DNA of 63,109 bases, counting the filler, from Asterionella formosa (taxonomy: Eukaryota): assembly GCA_002256025.1 (NCBI GenBank). It is 23 parts of 23 records of this genome, joined end to end, with 100 filler letters (N's around TTAATTAATTAA, not from the genome) between each part and the next. Parts side by side here need not be neighbours in the genome. Positions count along the whole stretch, not along the records: positions 24,784 to 25,931 come from NKIB01004048.1; positions 26,032 to 27,179 come from NKIB01004049.1; positions 27,280 to 28,427 come from NKIB01004050.1; positions 28,528 to 46,915 come from NKIB01004051.1; 19 more parts are not named here. One strand, 5' to 3'. Within the stretch, counting starts at the first letter, position 1. Every line of letters starts with the position of its first letter. The position numbers and the translations under genes are program-made. The notes beneath the pieces were generated by a model. That model did no database searches, had not been told where the DNA came from, and saw only the letters and a list, made by a program, of their open reading frames with translations. Shown piece after piece: positions 24,881 through 36,654 of the stretch.

Positions 24881-26031
24881 AGGAGGAATGCAAAATACAC
24901 TCATACACATTTAGAAGAATGCACCGGAAGCCGCAGTTATGCAACAATCTTAATAACTTTTGGAAAAATTAAATCTTCATGACTCAATACACTGCTGAAT
25001 CAAGACTGATTTCTTGTTATTAGTTGATGTGGGTGCATAGTCTAACATACAATTAGTACTTGCTTCAAATTTTGACTGTTGTATTACATATTTTCTGTCA
25101 GAAGAGGGAGTAAAATAACAGTGGCTTACAGTTTTAAGTGGTAAGCAGAACTACCACTCTGCCTGGCTTGATTCATACATCCTGGGGTGTTGGTGCCTTG
25201 GTGGCAGTGTGTGGTATGAAGCGCTAGGTGGCACTGGTACTGGTACCTGGTACCTGGTAGACTACTCCCCTGTATCATAGTGTATCTTATGTACATCGAG
25301 TAAAAGATTCCTCCACGAAGAATGGTACCTGGGGGGTACCTGGTACTCCTATGTACCGGTATACCAGTACACCTGACACCACGCACACTACCTGGTACAC
25401 TAGAAATCAGCACCAGATATCCGGAGGAGAGGGAGCCGGGTATTGTCTGTGCCTATATATACCGGTATGTAAGATAAGTGTTACCGGTAATTCAGAAGGG
25501 GTTACCAACCTGGTACCGGTAGTGCCTGGTACCAGGGATACCTAGACCAGGCCGAGTGTATACCGGTACCTGGTAGCACTGTACTGGAACCAGTACCAGG
25601 TACCTGGTACCAGCTGTGAACTGTGTCCCCACCCCCGTGGTACCTGGTACCCTGGTACACCAGCCAAAGTCAATTTAGTCGTATTACGTAGAATTATTAG
25701 GTCCAGCTACCTATGCCTTATGTATTAACAGCCTTGCCGGAAAAATGCTGGCGAGCAAATTTCTTTTCCTTCCGACCGGTACTACACCGGTACGCTTACA
25801 TGTTACCATTCTGAACCACACCGGTCCAGTAAAGCGAATGCTAGTCCGAGCTCTACTGATCAAATCATGGAGGGCTTTCGATACTACTACGAGAGCTCTT
25901 TGCGTGTAGAGGACAACATTGATTGGAGCGTNNNNNNNNNNNNNNNNNNNNNNNNNNNNNNNNNNNNNNNNNNNNTTAATTAATTAANNNNNNNNNNNNN
26001 NNNNNNNNNNNNNNNNNNNNNNNNNNNNNNN

Positions 26032-27179
26032 TCCATGATACTTGTAATGATATGTTGGATAAGGTGTTCTGAAAGGAATTGACAATGAAACAACAGCAGC
26101 AAGTTGAACCTCACCCTACAGGATATTGCACATGAGCTCCCCCTCGATGGTATTTCACCGCCTGTGACCATTTAAATTTTCGTAGAGAACCACAGCTAAC
26201 CCCAAATTTTGTGGATTTTCTAGTTGCTTGGTGATCTGAGCAATCTTCTATTATCTTGAACAGCAAGAAAATATCAGGAGCAGAGAGCAGTTCAGTAGCA
26301 GAAGTTTGAAAAGATTGTGTTGACCACAAATGAAGGTAGGTCAAGCATGAAACTGCATTGATTAAATAAAAAGTATGAGGGCAAATCTTCATGCAGTAAA
26401 ATCAATGAAGCTAATGTGTTGTGGAGACAGGGACAGTTGGATGACCTCAGGTAAACCTTGAAACAGGATGAAGCCAATCATATTTGAGTCTGACTAACTT
26501 CTAGAGTGTGAGCTGTCTTTAAAGCCATGGAAAACTCACAAACATACAAGGCAGATGTTCAAGTGGTAATTTTTGAGATGGGGATCATGAAAATAGGTCA
26601 CAGATTCAAGAACAAGTCTGGGATCCCAGCCAAGGATGGTGATAAAGGAAGACTGCATTGACTTTGAATTGCACAATGTGCTTGCAAAGCTGCACTGTTG
26701 CATTAATGATTGCAAGCAAATTGGAAAATAAAATATTATATCCAAGCTAGTAAACTATTAAATTGGTAAAGCGAAGGTAGGAAATTATTAAAGTGCCATC
26801 CAAACTGGGAAATGATTCATTGCTTCCAATTATAAGTGATTTTACTATCCAACTAATGCAGGGTATGAAGAAAGTTTGAAACCTATGATGATATAATTTT
26901 TGGATTTGTCCTATCTGATTGGGAAACTGTAGACCGTACTTTAGTTTGCTATTGTTGTTACACGATTCTTATATCAAGATCACAAATAGAACTTATGAAT
27001 TTTCCTGATGTGTCGAAAAATAGAGGTCATCACTCAGTATTCAGGCCATGCCGCCGTCAAAACTGCTAGAAGCAATTTCTTGAAGTTACCACTGCATTCA
27101 CTTCTCACACGATCATGAATTGTCTTGTTGTACAACTCAATGTGGGCCGACATTATACTCTGCATGATGTGCTGGTACC
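26032..27179 (-). mobile_element. Possible heavily decayed non-LTR retrotransposon C-terminal region
   Basis: CpG-depleted with no long ORF. Only faint IG[WF]..LFQG-like remnants typical of diatom LINE 3' regions. Weak evidence. Confidence 0.25.
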
Positions 27180-27279
27180 NNNNNNNNNNNNNNNNNNNNN
27201 NNNNNNNNNNNNNNNNNNNNNNNTTAATTAATTAANNNNNNNNNNNNNNNNNNNNNNNNNNNNNNNNNNNNNNNNNNNN

Positions 27280-28427
27280 ATCACCTTCATTCGGTTCGAT
27301 AGTTCGGGTTGCCAGAAATGCAATTCCTGGTTGAATGTCCTGTCTTCCTCGCTTACATAGGAACATTCCTTTCATAACAAAAGTATGAAATATTTTTGCT
27401 TTTTCATATTCAAGCTTCTTTGATTTTGTATCAACTGTGAACAGTTTATCTGTCCATGGGAATTTTCCAACACCTTCAAGTTTCACTGGAAAATCATCAA
27501 TCATTGATTTCACATATTTGGTCATGTCCACCCTCAACACTCCTGGAATAGAGTAATCTAGCGTCATAGCCAAATAATCATGCTTCTTTCCACGCATGAC
27601 CTTGACTTCACCAATTTCGTCAGAAGCGTATTTCTTTTTGAGCCATTCCAAAAATTGATCATTCACTTTGCTGTCCACGTGACTTGATTTCAAATCGTCT
27701 ACGTGCCAAGTAACTGTGTGCTGTTTGCCATTAACAATGCGATTTGCAACACATGGATCATATGGGTTTACCTTGAATCCAATTGACTCAATATCCTTCC
27801 GAAATTTCTTATAATATAATAATGATGACTGTAACATGCCATATAATGCCTTGATCATCCTAACATATAGGACCTTGTTGTTCCCTTCATAAACAACATA
27901 ATTTTCATAAGTCTCGGGGCTGAGTTCTGTCAACATATTGACAAGCAAACCTCTAATCTTCATAATGATTCGTTCCCCTTTTTCTTTCTCATCGATATCC
28001 ACTTGCACAAATGCATTGGGTATATCTGCAGTCATAACATCGCGATTTTGCTTTGCATCAATTGTTGCTGTTATCATAACAGATTCAGTCATGGTAGTTG
28101 GACTAGCTGCTTCATCTCTTTCCATGTATTCACGTTGCGAACTGCCATTGGCACATGCTCTGCCTTTAATGCTCTTGTCTCTCTTTTCAACCAAAAAAAT
28201 TAGACTTTCCATTGCACGTCGCTTTTCGATATCAGTTAGGTCTTCAATCCTAATCGGTTCAAATACAACTCTATCATGTAGTTGTTTCATTTCTTTATAT
28301 GCAGCGTCTCTTCCTTTCTGGCCAAATTTCTTGAGGCCTTTCCTTAAGCTGTATGACTGAACAAAGTGAAATGCTTCTTTATCGATACACATCTCATTCA
28401 TATAACACATTGTCTTTGCGATCACTT
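27280..28427 (-). mobile_element. Ty1/Copia (CoDi-type) pol fragment: RT, open frame
   Basis: Motifs KEMKQLHDR, KGRACANGS, TADIPNAFVQ, WHVDDLKSSH. About 790 nt is nearly identical to 21392-22185. Confidence 0.95.
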
Positions 28428-28626
28428 NNNNNNNNNNNNNNNNNNNNNNNNNNNNNNNNNNNNNNNNNNNNTTAATTAATTAANNNNNNNNNNNNNNNNN
28501 NNNNNNNNNNNNNNNNNNNNNNNNNNNATACCGGTATGTAAATACAGCTAGCAAGTTGCGGTGAATGAGAAAGTTAGCTTTGTTATTCTGGTAGTAAATT
28601 TCTGCAACCACTCCCTCTGTTACCAA

Positions 28627-28699
28627 AGCAGTTGCGAAAACAAAGTTAGCTATCTTTATTCTATATTAAATTGTTTATTTAAGCCAAATGACCGCAACT
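28627..28699 (+). mobile_element. MITE-like repeat copy B (with a second decayed copy at ~28549-28610)
   Basis: AGCAGTTGCG...ATTGTTTATTTAAGCCAAATGACCGCAAC, matching copies A, C and D. Confidence 0.6.
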
Positions 28700-29026
28700 A
28701 ACCAGGTACCAGGTACTTTGTACCATACCGGAAGACAAGCAGTGTACCAGGTACCGGTATTCAGTTTGCATATCCCCAGCGAGAACAACAATCATCTTGC
28801 TAGGGCTGCCTGGTCCACGACTACCGGTGCAGCATACCGGTAAAGGATTTTCTCAAATCTTCACAACTTCTAAATATATATATACCGGTACCGGTACATT
28901 GATTTGAATATTGGTGTCATACACACACCGGTACCAAGCATTAATTAAGTTGTCACAATATACGATATAGCCATCACTCGTCAAGTACAAAACACAATAA
29001 CAAGCATAATTGGCACAGTTGAAAGA

Positions 29027-30532
29027 ATGAGCTTTACAATCGGTGGACGAGCAGCTTCCCAAGGCTACAGAAATATTGATAACAGTGGTACGGGCGACGA
29101 TGCCTTCTCCAGCACTCCTATGATTCTCGGCAAACGGGCTTGCTGCCTTCTGCTATTGGTGCTCCCATTAGTGCTCCTGATGAGAACGCCAACGACTCTG
29201 GTTGACACCGAAATAGAAACTATGGAAGGACCTGATTCCACCGAAAAAGCAGCATCGCGTGTAAAGAGTTGCAAAGAACTCGATTGGCAACAGGCATGCG
29301 AGAACGTCGCGAGCGCGGGGGCTCGACGCCGACTCAGTACTGTCACCGAGGAGGCATTCCTATATTCGGACGACCCTTCCGTAACCTACGACAATAACTG
29401 CCTCCGAGTCTATCGGCTGGATCTGCAAGGAAATATGACTTTTCCCTACCACGCAAACCATTTGATTCGAGCAGGTGGAAACGAAACCATGACTCTGTTC
29501 ATCCAGCACGGCGCGATGCGCGATGCCGATCATTACTTTTGCTCGTTTCGGAAACTCATGAAGGAACAGCATTATCGTCCTTTTGAAGAAGTAATGGTCA
29601 TTGCACCTGATTTCAATTACTTTGGAGATGATGGAGTACTACCCACTGACGCATTTTGGAACTCGACGAAACCGTGGGCGGACTGGCGTGTCGGAGCAGA
29701 ATCAGACCCCAAGTGTTGTGGGAACACTGAAAGCCCTAGTACTCGTCTGACCATATCAAGTTTTGAAGTCTTGGACACTATGCTTAGAATTCTAGCCGAC
29801 AAGAATCTATACCCAAATATGAACAAGATATCTTACCTTGGCCACAGTGCAGGGGGACAAATGGTGCAGAGGTACGCCATAGTTAGCGAATTGGCAGCTC
29901 ATGTCGATTCTGATCAAAGAAAAGGGAATATTGATTTGGAGTTCATTATTGCCAATCCGTCATCCTACGCGTACCTTGACGCACGCCGATTTCAATATAA
30001 TTGTGGCCACTGTAACTGCAATTACTATAATTGCACATGCAACCGAGAATGCACCGAGCCTTTATTTCTTGGTATCCCTGATGAACGGAAGGGATGGGTC
30101 TGCCATGACAAGAAGTACAATGATTGGCCATACGGATTAAACAAGTTTTCTGATGGTGTTCGCCATTCGATTCCGTATGCATCGCACCGATCGGCTGAAT
30201 ACGATGCCCGGATGTACCAGCAGCGTTCAGTGGTATATATGGTTGGACAGAATGACACTTGTAACGATGGCCTTTACAGCTGTAGTTCGGATTGCTGGAA
30301 GCGAGAAGATTATTTGCCTGAGGAGTGGCCATGTTTCCGTAACCACATGGATATTCGTTGCCCAGCCATGCTGGAGGGACCCTTCCGTCGGAAACGAGGA
30401 ATACTATACATGAAGTATTTGGAAAGCTTCTATGGCAAGCCGACACACGTTCTTCATATCATTCCAGGAGTGGGCCACAATGCAACCGGTATTTTCGGAT
30501 CCCCCATAGGATTGGAGGAACTCTTTAATTAA
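29027..30532 (+). CDS. Type II membrane alpha/beta hydrolase (esterase-like), paralog 1, 501 aa
   Basis: N-terminal TM (ACCLLLLVLPLVLL). Oxyanion FIQHG, nucleophile elbow GHSAGG, IANPSSY, acid VGQND, catalytic His in IPGVGHN. Intronless. Confidence 0.9.
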   Translation: MSFTIGGRAASQGYRNIDNSGTGDDAFSSTPMILGKRACCLLLLVLPLVLLMRTPTTLVDTEIETMEGPDSTEKAASRVKSCKELDWQQACENVASAGARRRLSTVTEEAFLYSDDPSVTYDNNCLRVYRLDLQGNMTFPYHANHLIRAGGNETMTLFIQHGAMRDADHYFCSFRKLMKEQHYRPFEEVMVIAPDFNYFGDDGVLPTDAFWNSTKPWADWRVGAESDPKCCGNTESPSTRLTISSFEVLDTMLRILADKNLYPNMNKISYLGHSAGGQMVQRYAIVSELAAHVDSDQRKGNIDLEFIIANPSSYAYLDARRFQYNCGHCNCNYYNCTCNRECTEPLFLGIPDERKGWVCHDKKYNDWPYGLNKFSDGVRHSIPYASHRSAEYDARMYQQRSVVYMVGQNDTCNDGLYSCSSDCWKREDYLPEEWPCFRNHMDIRCPAMLEGPFRRKRGILYMKYLESFYGKPTHVLHIIPGVGHNATGIFGSPIGLEELFN

Positions 30533-31221
30533 GAGAAAAAGGGGAGATACGAGTCATGCTGGTCAACTAGAATTGTTGGTGTTGCCGCAGTGCTTTGGTC
30601 CGAGGAACATAACTTTGACTTTCTGATCTTTGTTGAAAGGGTGCATCGACAATGCGGAAACCCCGCGCCCCTAATTGACGTTTTGGTGCTGTTACACTAC
30701 ATTCTACGAGAAAGGGTGTGTACAATGCACTCGACAGGTGCAGCTAGCAGCATTCAGCCCCTCAAATCACCAACAAGCGAGTAGCGTATTCCGTGAATTC
30801 CTTTTACAAATTTTCGCTGCATACAATTTGACAATTTCCATCTCTAGGTCGCTCTATGAGCTAAGCTACTGTACATACTAAAGGTTTTCTACTTTCCTAC
30901 GGTGAACAAAGCCTTTGTCGATGGACCCGGTCATCCCATGTTCCTATGAACCTTCCGTAGAATGTAGTTTTCAGTTTCCACCCATCAAATCACTTGAGGC
31001 CAATTGAATCCCATTCAAGCAGCCAATCCTTCAAATAGAATCTCAGCAACGGAAGAATGATAGAAATTTTGCAACAACAGTTTTGCTCGGTTTATTTCTT
31101 CTTGACGTTACCCTGCATTAAGATCCTGTACTTCTACACTTTCAAAACTAGCATCGGTTCCAATATTTCAGTCATTTAATTGATTGGTGCGTCAATTTTC
31201 CTTGCCTGAGAGGCTGGAGCC

Positions 31222-31608
31222 TTAGACTGGTCTCCTAGTGGGTCTCCTAGTGGGTCTCTTAGTGGGTCTTGGGGTCGGCCTCTTTGTCGGAAATTTAGTG
31301 GACGAAGTTTTACAGCCACAGGGAGAAAGAACGTAGATAACTTGTTGGCATATGGTGTAATTCATGTAGCCATCCAAACCAGCTTGTTCGAGAAATCGAC
31401 AAGTTGTCGTCCCACCGCTGAAACCTCCAAGGTTTGGAAGCGTAACAGTTGCATATGGGATTGTGACGGCCTTTCCATAGCCACAAACGACACATCTGGC
31501 ATGGTGTGGGTTGGGGTAAGGGAGAGTTACAGTAGCGCTCGACGTCGGGGCGATAGCTGCGAGGAGGAGAGCTATAACAACATAGATTGAAGCGAGACAA
31601 GACATCAT
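31222..31608 (-). CDS. Small secreted Cys-rich protein with Pro/Thr/Arg/Lys repeat tail, 128 aa
   Basis: Signal peptide MMSCLASIYVVIALLLAAIAPTSSA. Six-Cys module C-x2-CG...TC...C...CGC of a kind seen in diatom extracellular proteins. C-terminal PTKRPTPRPTKRPTRRPTRRPV. Start placed at the MM at 31608 rather than 31677. Confidence 0.8.
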   Translation of the reverse strand: MMSCLASIYVVIALLLAAIAPTSSATVTLPYPNPHHARCVVCGYGKAVTIPYATVTLPNLGGFSGGTTTCRFLEQAGLDGYMNYTICQQVIYVLSPCGCKTSSTKFPTKRPTPRPTKRPTRRPTRRPV

Positions 31609-32258
31609 TTTCTTATAATTTTCCAAATTGTGTTTAACGGCTCTGAAATCGAAACCTAGTGGACGGCTCAATGGCATCTTTACGTGTATTGTTTGGAAGG
31701 CAATTAATTACCAAGTAGAACCAGGTACTCCTGCTACCAGGTATGCATGCCTGCTTGCAAATCCGGTCTTGTATGTATAATACATACGTGGTACTCCTAC
31801 CAGGTACTAGTACCAGGCTGTTCCCTGGAGCCAGCCGGCCGATGCACGACTTCCATGGCTACGTATAATGGTCGTTTCTCAACCGACGCAATAAATTGTG
31901 TACGGTAGATATAGTACCATGTACCATGTAGCCAAAGATCACTCCAACATGCATTCTTCAGTTTTTCGTACGACCCATTATATTCAAACATCCGGTGTGG
32001 GTGTATGCACATATCGATAGCCAAATAGGACGGTTATCATGGGCGGAATCAACTGAATGTGCGTCAAACGAGTAGATTTTACGAGGTACAACAGTACCAG
32101 TACCGGAATTAAAGATTTCACATACCCGGTACCGGTGTATGATATTTCCGCATCATTTTTATTCATACTTTATAGACACGAAGTGAAGGATTCCTTCGTG
32201 CGTTGGTGAATCGGGAAAACAACAATGACAGTGAGACTGGCACCTGTGAACATATGTC

Positions 32259-32347
32259 CAGTTGCGGTATTTTTGCCCAAGTAAAGATTTAGCCATCTTT
32301 ATCCAATATTAAATTTTTTCATTTAAGCAAAATGACCGCAACCTGCT
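32259..32347 (+). mobile_element. MITE-like repeat copy C
   Basis: CAGTTGCGGTATTTTTGC...GCAAAATGACCGCAACCTG, with inverted termini. Confidence 0.65.
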
Positions 32348-34242
32348 GGTAACCAGGTACTTGTACCCTGGTACCGGTACCTATTTACCGAGTCCCCATA
32401 CCAGGCATATGCAGTACCGGTACCAGGTAGTTACCCTGGTACCTGGAGTNNNNNNNNNNNNNNNNNNNNNNNNNNNNNNNNNNNNNNNNNNNNNNNNNNN
32501 NNNNNNNNNNNNNNNNNNNNNNNNNNNNNNNNNNNNNNNNNNNNNNNNNNNNNNNNNNNNNNNNNNNNNNNNNNNNNNNNNNNNNNNNNNNNNNNNNNNN
32601 NNNNNNNNNNNNNNNNNNNNNNNNNNNNNNNNNNNNNNNNNNNNNNNNNNNNNNNNNNNNNNNNNNNNNNNNNNNNNNNNNNNNNNNNNNNNNNNNNNNN
32701 NNNNNNNNNNNNNNNNNNNNNNNNNNNNNNNNNNNNNNNNNNNNNNNNNNNNNNNNNNNNNNNNNNNNNNNNNNNNNNNNNNNNNNNNNNNNNNNNNNNN
32801 NNNNNNNNNNNNNNNNNNNNNNNNNNNNNNNNNNNNNNNNNNNNNNNNNNNNNNNNNNNNNNNNNNNTATATAGCAAGATTAAAATTGGCAACTACATTA
32901 AAATGGGTTTTCATGCTTTTTCAGTTTTTACTTTTGCCAATCTTGAGCAAAATGCTGATGCATCAGGAGTCATTTTCTTTGAACCATGATGCAACTAATA
33001 TTGGACAGAGGGAGTACCTGGCACCAGTAACAGGGTACTAGAGTGTGTGTGATTGAATCAACTCCTCCTTGTACAGGCTGTATGTACAGCCATACTAGAC
33101 AATACCATCATGCTCTTCACAACCACAGCCAACAATGCGGCCACACTCATTGTTTGCGCAACAAATGACATTGAATCTTCCATATATGTTAATGTACAAA
33201 CAAATCTAGACTATTGATTGTTCACAGTTGTTCTTCTTGCACATGGAGCACTTGTTGGTACAGGAAGGATTTTTGACCTCTATGTCGTTGCCTAAAAGAA
33301 CTTCATTTAGCTTTTTTGTTTAGAGAAGCGAGTTTTTAAATTTCCCAATTTTATCTGATAGTCGACAAATTTTGCAGGTTTTCAGGACCCTTGTTTTGAT
33401 GGCTCCTCTGACTCATCATGGTATTCATGTGAATTGCTTGCTGTTTCTTTACAACATATCTAATCAATAATGATGTTCTTATCACTCCCTAGTGAACAAA
33501 CAGCTAGTGCGCTAGTCAACAGTAGAAACCACACTATATTTAGAGAAGCTAGTATGTCTACTTCACTTCATGGAAAAGAGTTTGTCCATCTCAAGAATCG
33601 GAATTTCAGTTGATTGCTGGATGTCAGCCAACACTGCTGCACGCGACAGACCTGCCAATTTTCTTCCAAATCTAACCCAGCTTCATCCCTGCTGCACAGG
33701 AAACCCTTGCTTGTTCTACCCTTTACCACATCGCCCATACTCCCTGAGCATATTCTGTCTCATGAATCATTGAAATCGACTAAGAGTTGATTGCTGAGTA
33801 TTTCTTCCTGCCTATTCCAGCACGCCCAGCATCTAGCCGCCTCCCATGACGTTCTCCTTACATTGAATCATCCACTGTGTTCAACAGTAACAACGATGAT
33901 GTTACTGCCGAAGATGACAATTTGATTGGAAAACAGCCGATGGTTACTCCTAAACTCCTAGTAATAGCACATGCATTCGATGACCTACTAGATTTCTATT
34001 CGTATAATAAGCATTCACCTGAATTTTTTATTGCAAAAAGCAACTAACTGATGAGTTGAACAGTTTATTCTCAATCATCATAACAAAAATTTATTCGTCT
34101 TTTCTTCGCCAATTAAATAAGTACCCCCAATACTTTTGAGAAGAAGGGTGTTAAGCAACTCTGGTGCATCATGATGAAATTTATCTTTATAATGTCTTCA
34201 TCAATTTCTTTGTGATTCGTACATTGCGGGTAATGCAATGCA

Positions 34243-35110
34243 ACGACGACGAGGAGACAATTGTAACATGTTGATTTACTGGTGAGGGATTACAAATGAA
34301 AGATAGGTGCAAAAATTATGTTAACAATTTTTCATTGACAAAGGGCATTTCTTTAGGCCGAGCGACGATGCTGGACATGGTTGCGTCAATTTTGTGCATG
34401 AGTATAGCCAAATCTCCTTTCTATTAATCTTTATCATTATCTAGTGGGCGATTCATAAATTTCTTGGCATATGTTGTACTAGACGACGACAAGGAGACAC
34501 TTGAAACAGGTTGGTTTACAGGTGAGGGATGAAAAAAGAAAGATATGTGCAAAAATTAAATTTTACAATTTTATATTGACAATAAGCACTTCTTTTAGAC
34601 GAGGGACGATGTACACGGTTGCGTCAATTTGGTGCATGAGGATGGCAAAATCACCTTTTTATGTATTTTCTTCATTCCCTGGGCGATTTAAACATTTCTT
34701 TGCATATGATGTAGACGATGTTGATTTACTGGCGAGGGATAACTAATGAATGATGCATGCAAATTTTTTTTAAATTTCACAATTTTACATTGACAAGGAG
34801 CATTTCTTTAAGCCGAGCGACGATGTACAACAAGGTTACCTCAATTTGGTTCATTAAGATGGCAAAATCAACTTTTTATGTATTTTCTTCATTCTCTGGG
34901 TGATTCATAAATTTCTTGGTATATGGTGTAGACGACGATAAGACACTTGGAACAAAATAATGATGTATGCAAAAATACTAATTTTTTATCTTTACATTGA
35001 AAATGTGCATGTAAAATGTTGGTTTACTGCTGAGGAATGACAAAGCCAATGAATGATGGTATATGCAAAAAACAATCTAGAAATTTATATTGACATTGAA
35101 CATTTCTATA
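34243..35110 (+). repeat. Degenerate tandem array, ~4 units of ~220-240 bp
   Basis: Recurring GACGAC..GAGACA..GTTG[AG]TTTAC..GAGGGAT..TGCAAA..ATTGACAA..GCA[TC]TTCTTT..GACGATG..GTT..TCAATTT..GCGATT..TTTCTT at ~34243, 34481, 34714 and 34931. Confidence 0.75.
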
Positions 35111-36654
35111 AACATAGAGGAGGCTTGGTGCATCAACACCATTTATACTTGGTGTGTTTGTAAAATGAAGTTGTATGTCGCAATGAATTATCCTCTAGCT
35201 AACTAGCTAATGTAAAATGTATCTTGAATTTTTATGGGAATTTTATAAACTCAAATAGTTCATTTTTGAATTCACTGTATGATTGTGGAACATGAAATGA
35301 AAAACAGGAAGAGAAATCTTGTTGAGCAGAATAGCGCATATTATTTAAGTGATGTGCTCAACCGTTAATTGTTGATTGTCCATGCATGATATTAGACACC
35401 ACAAGTAGTATTACTATTTTGTTAACGAAGGTGTATTGTAAATGAAATTTCCACTAGAGCAGGATCTTAGTTGACTTTTGAAATGAATTATTTGAAAATC
35501 AAATATGTCATTCTCGAGTTCAAAGTTCATTGTGAAAACTTCACATGAAAGCGTTAAAACTTCACATGAAACTGATAAACAGTATATATTCTTCCTTTTT
35601 AAAACGACATGGCTGGACAACTGCTATCTCCAACACTTAGACTATTATTTTCGAACTGAGCGCTCTGCGCCCCAGTGTGACCCAACAATCATCTCCACAC
35701 TTGATATTACAGAAAAGAACGGACGCAATGGGGCCATGCCAGGAAAGCCTACCAGTACTACAAATAATCTCGCATTTGAATCCAAGGAGTCGAAGCTGAG
35801 ACATTAATATAGTGACAACGCGACTATTAAGTTCTAGCTTTTAGAGTTGAATCGAACAACCAAGAGTCGGCAGCTTAGACAACAAGGGTAGAAGAAGAAA
35901 GCAACCACGCACGGTTATTCTCAGTAGAAGTACTATACTACAAGGGGCGAAGCGCACAATTCTTTGAAGCAAATTCAGAGAAGCAGTCTAAAAGCATCGC
36001 CAAGCCTTTCGCAATTAATAGTCTAAATCACCCACTGTAAGTCCCTCCCAAGGTTAAGCGCAACTCGATTGCCGCAGAACACGGACCAAACCCGGAGTGA
36101 TGTACCGGGACACATTGCATAGCAACGAACTCAAAAAGCCATTTACGATATTTAGCTTCATTTCTGGCTCGCTATTCTAGTATCCTACGGTTCGTATTAG
36201 GATTGTTCCTACGAAGTCCATATGAACCGAAACTGTCTAGCGGTACAGATTGAGAAAGACGAAACGGACGAAACGGTAATTGGCTGTGTCGAAGTTACTT
36301 CGTACCAGTAGTCGAGCCTCTATACCGCATACCTAAAAATTTACTTATCATCTAAATAATATATACGGTATAGGGGTATATGTATACCGGCAGTAAAATC
36401 TGCTGATTGGGATTTCATAACCTGCATACCGGGTAGTATGGATCACGCAACACATCGCCCCTATCATATGCAAATACTACAAATCTGAAGATGTAAAAAA
36501 GACGCGCACGTATACATGCAGGAAGGCAAAGAAGATTCTAGATAAGATTCGTTTTACTGTTATCAACACAAGCCAAGAGCGATCACATTGGATCTTTGGC
36601 GACATTTGCGTTTACTTTTCCATTACCATTTTATTATTAGCTATTGGCGAAAGA

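Noticed and set aside
32361..33041. Long ORFs made mostly of X
   Set aside because: Artefacts of translating through N gaps.
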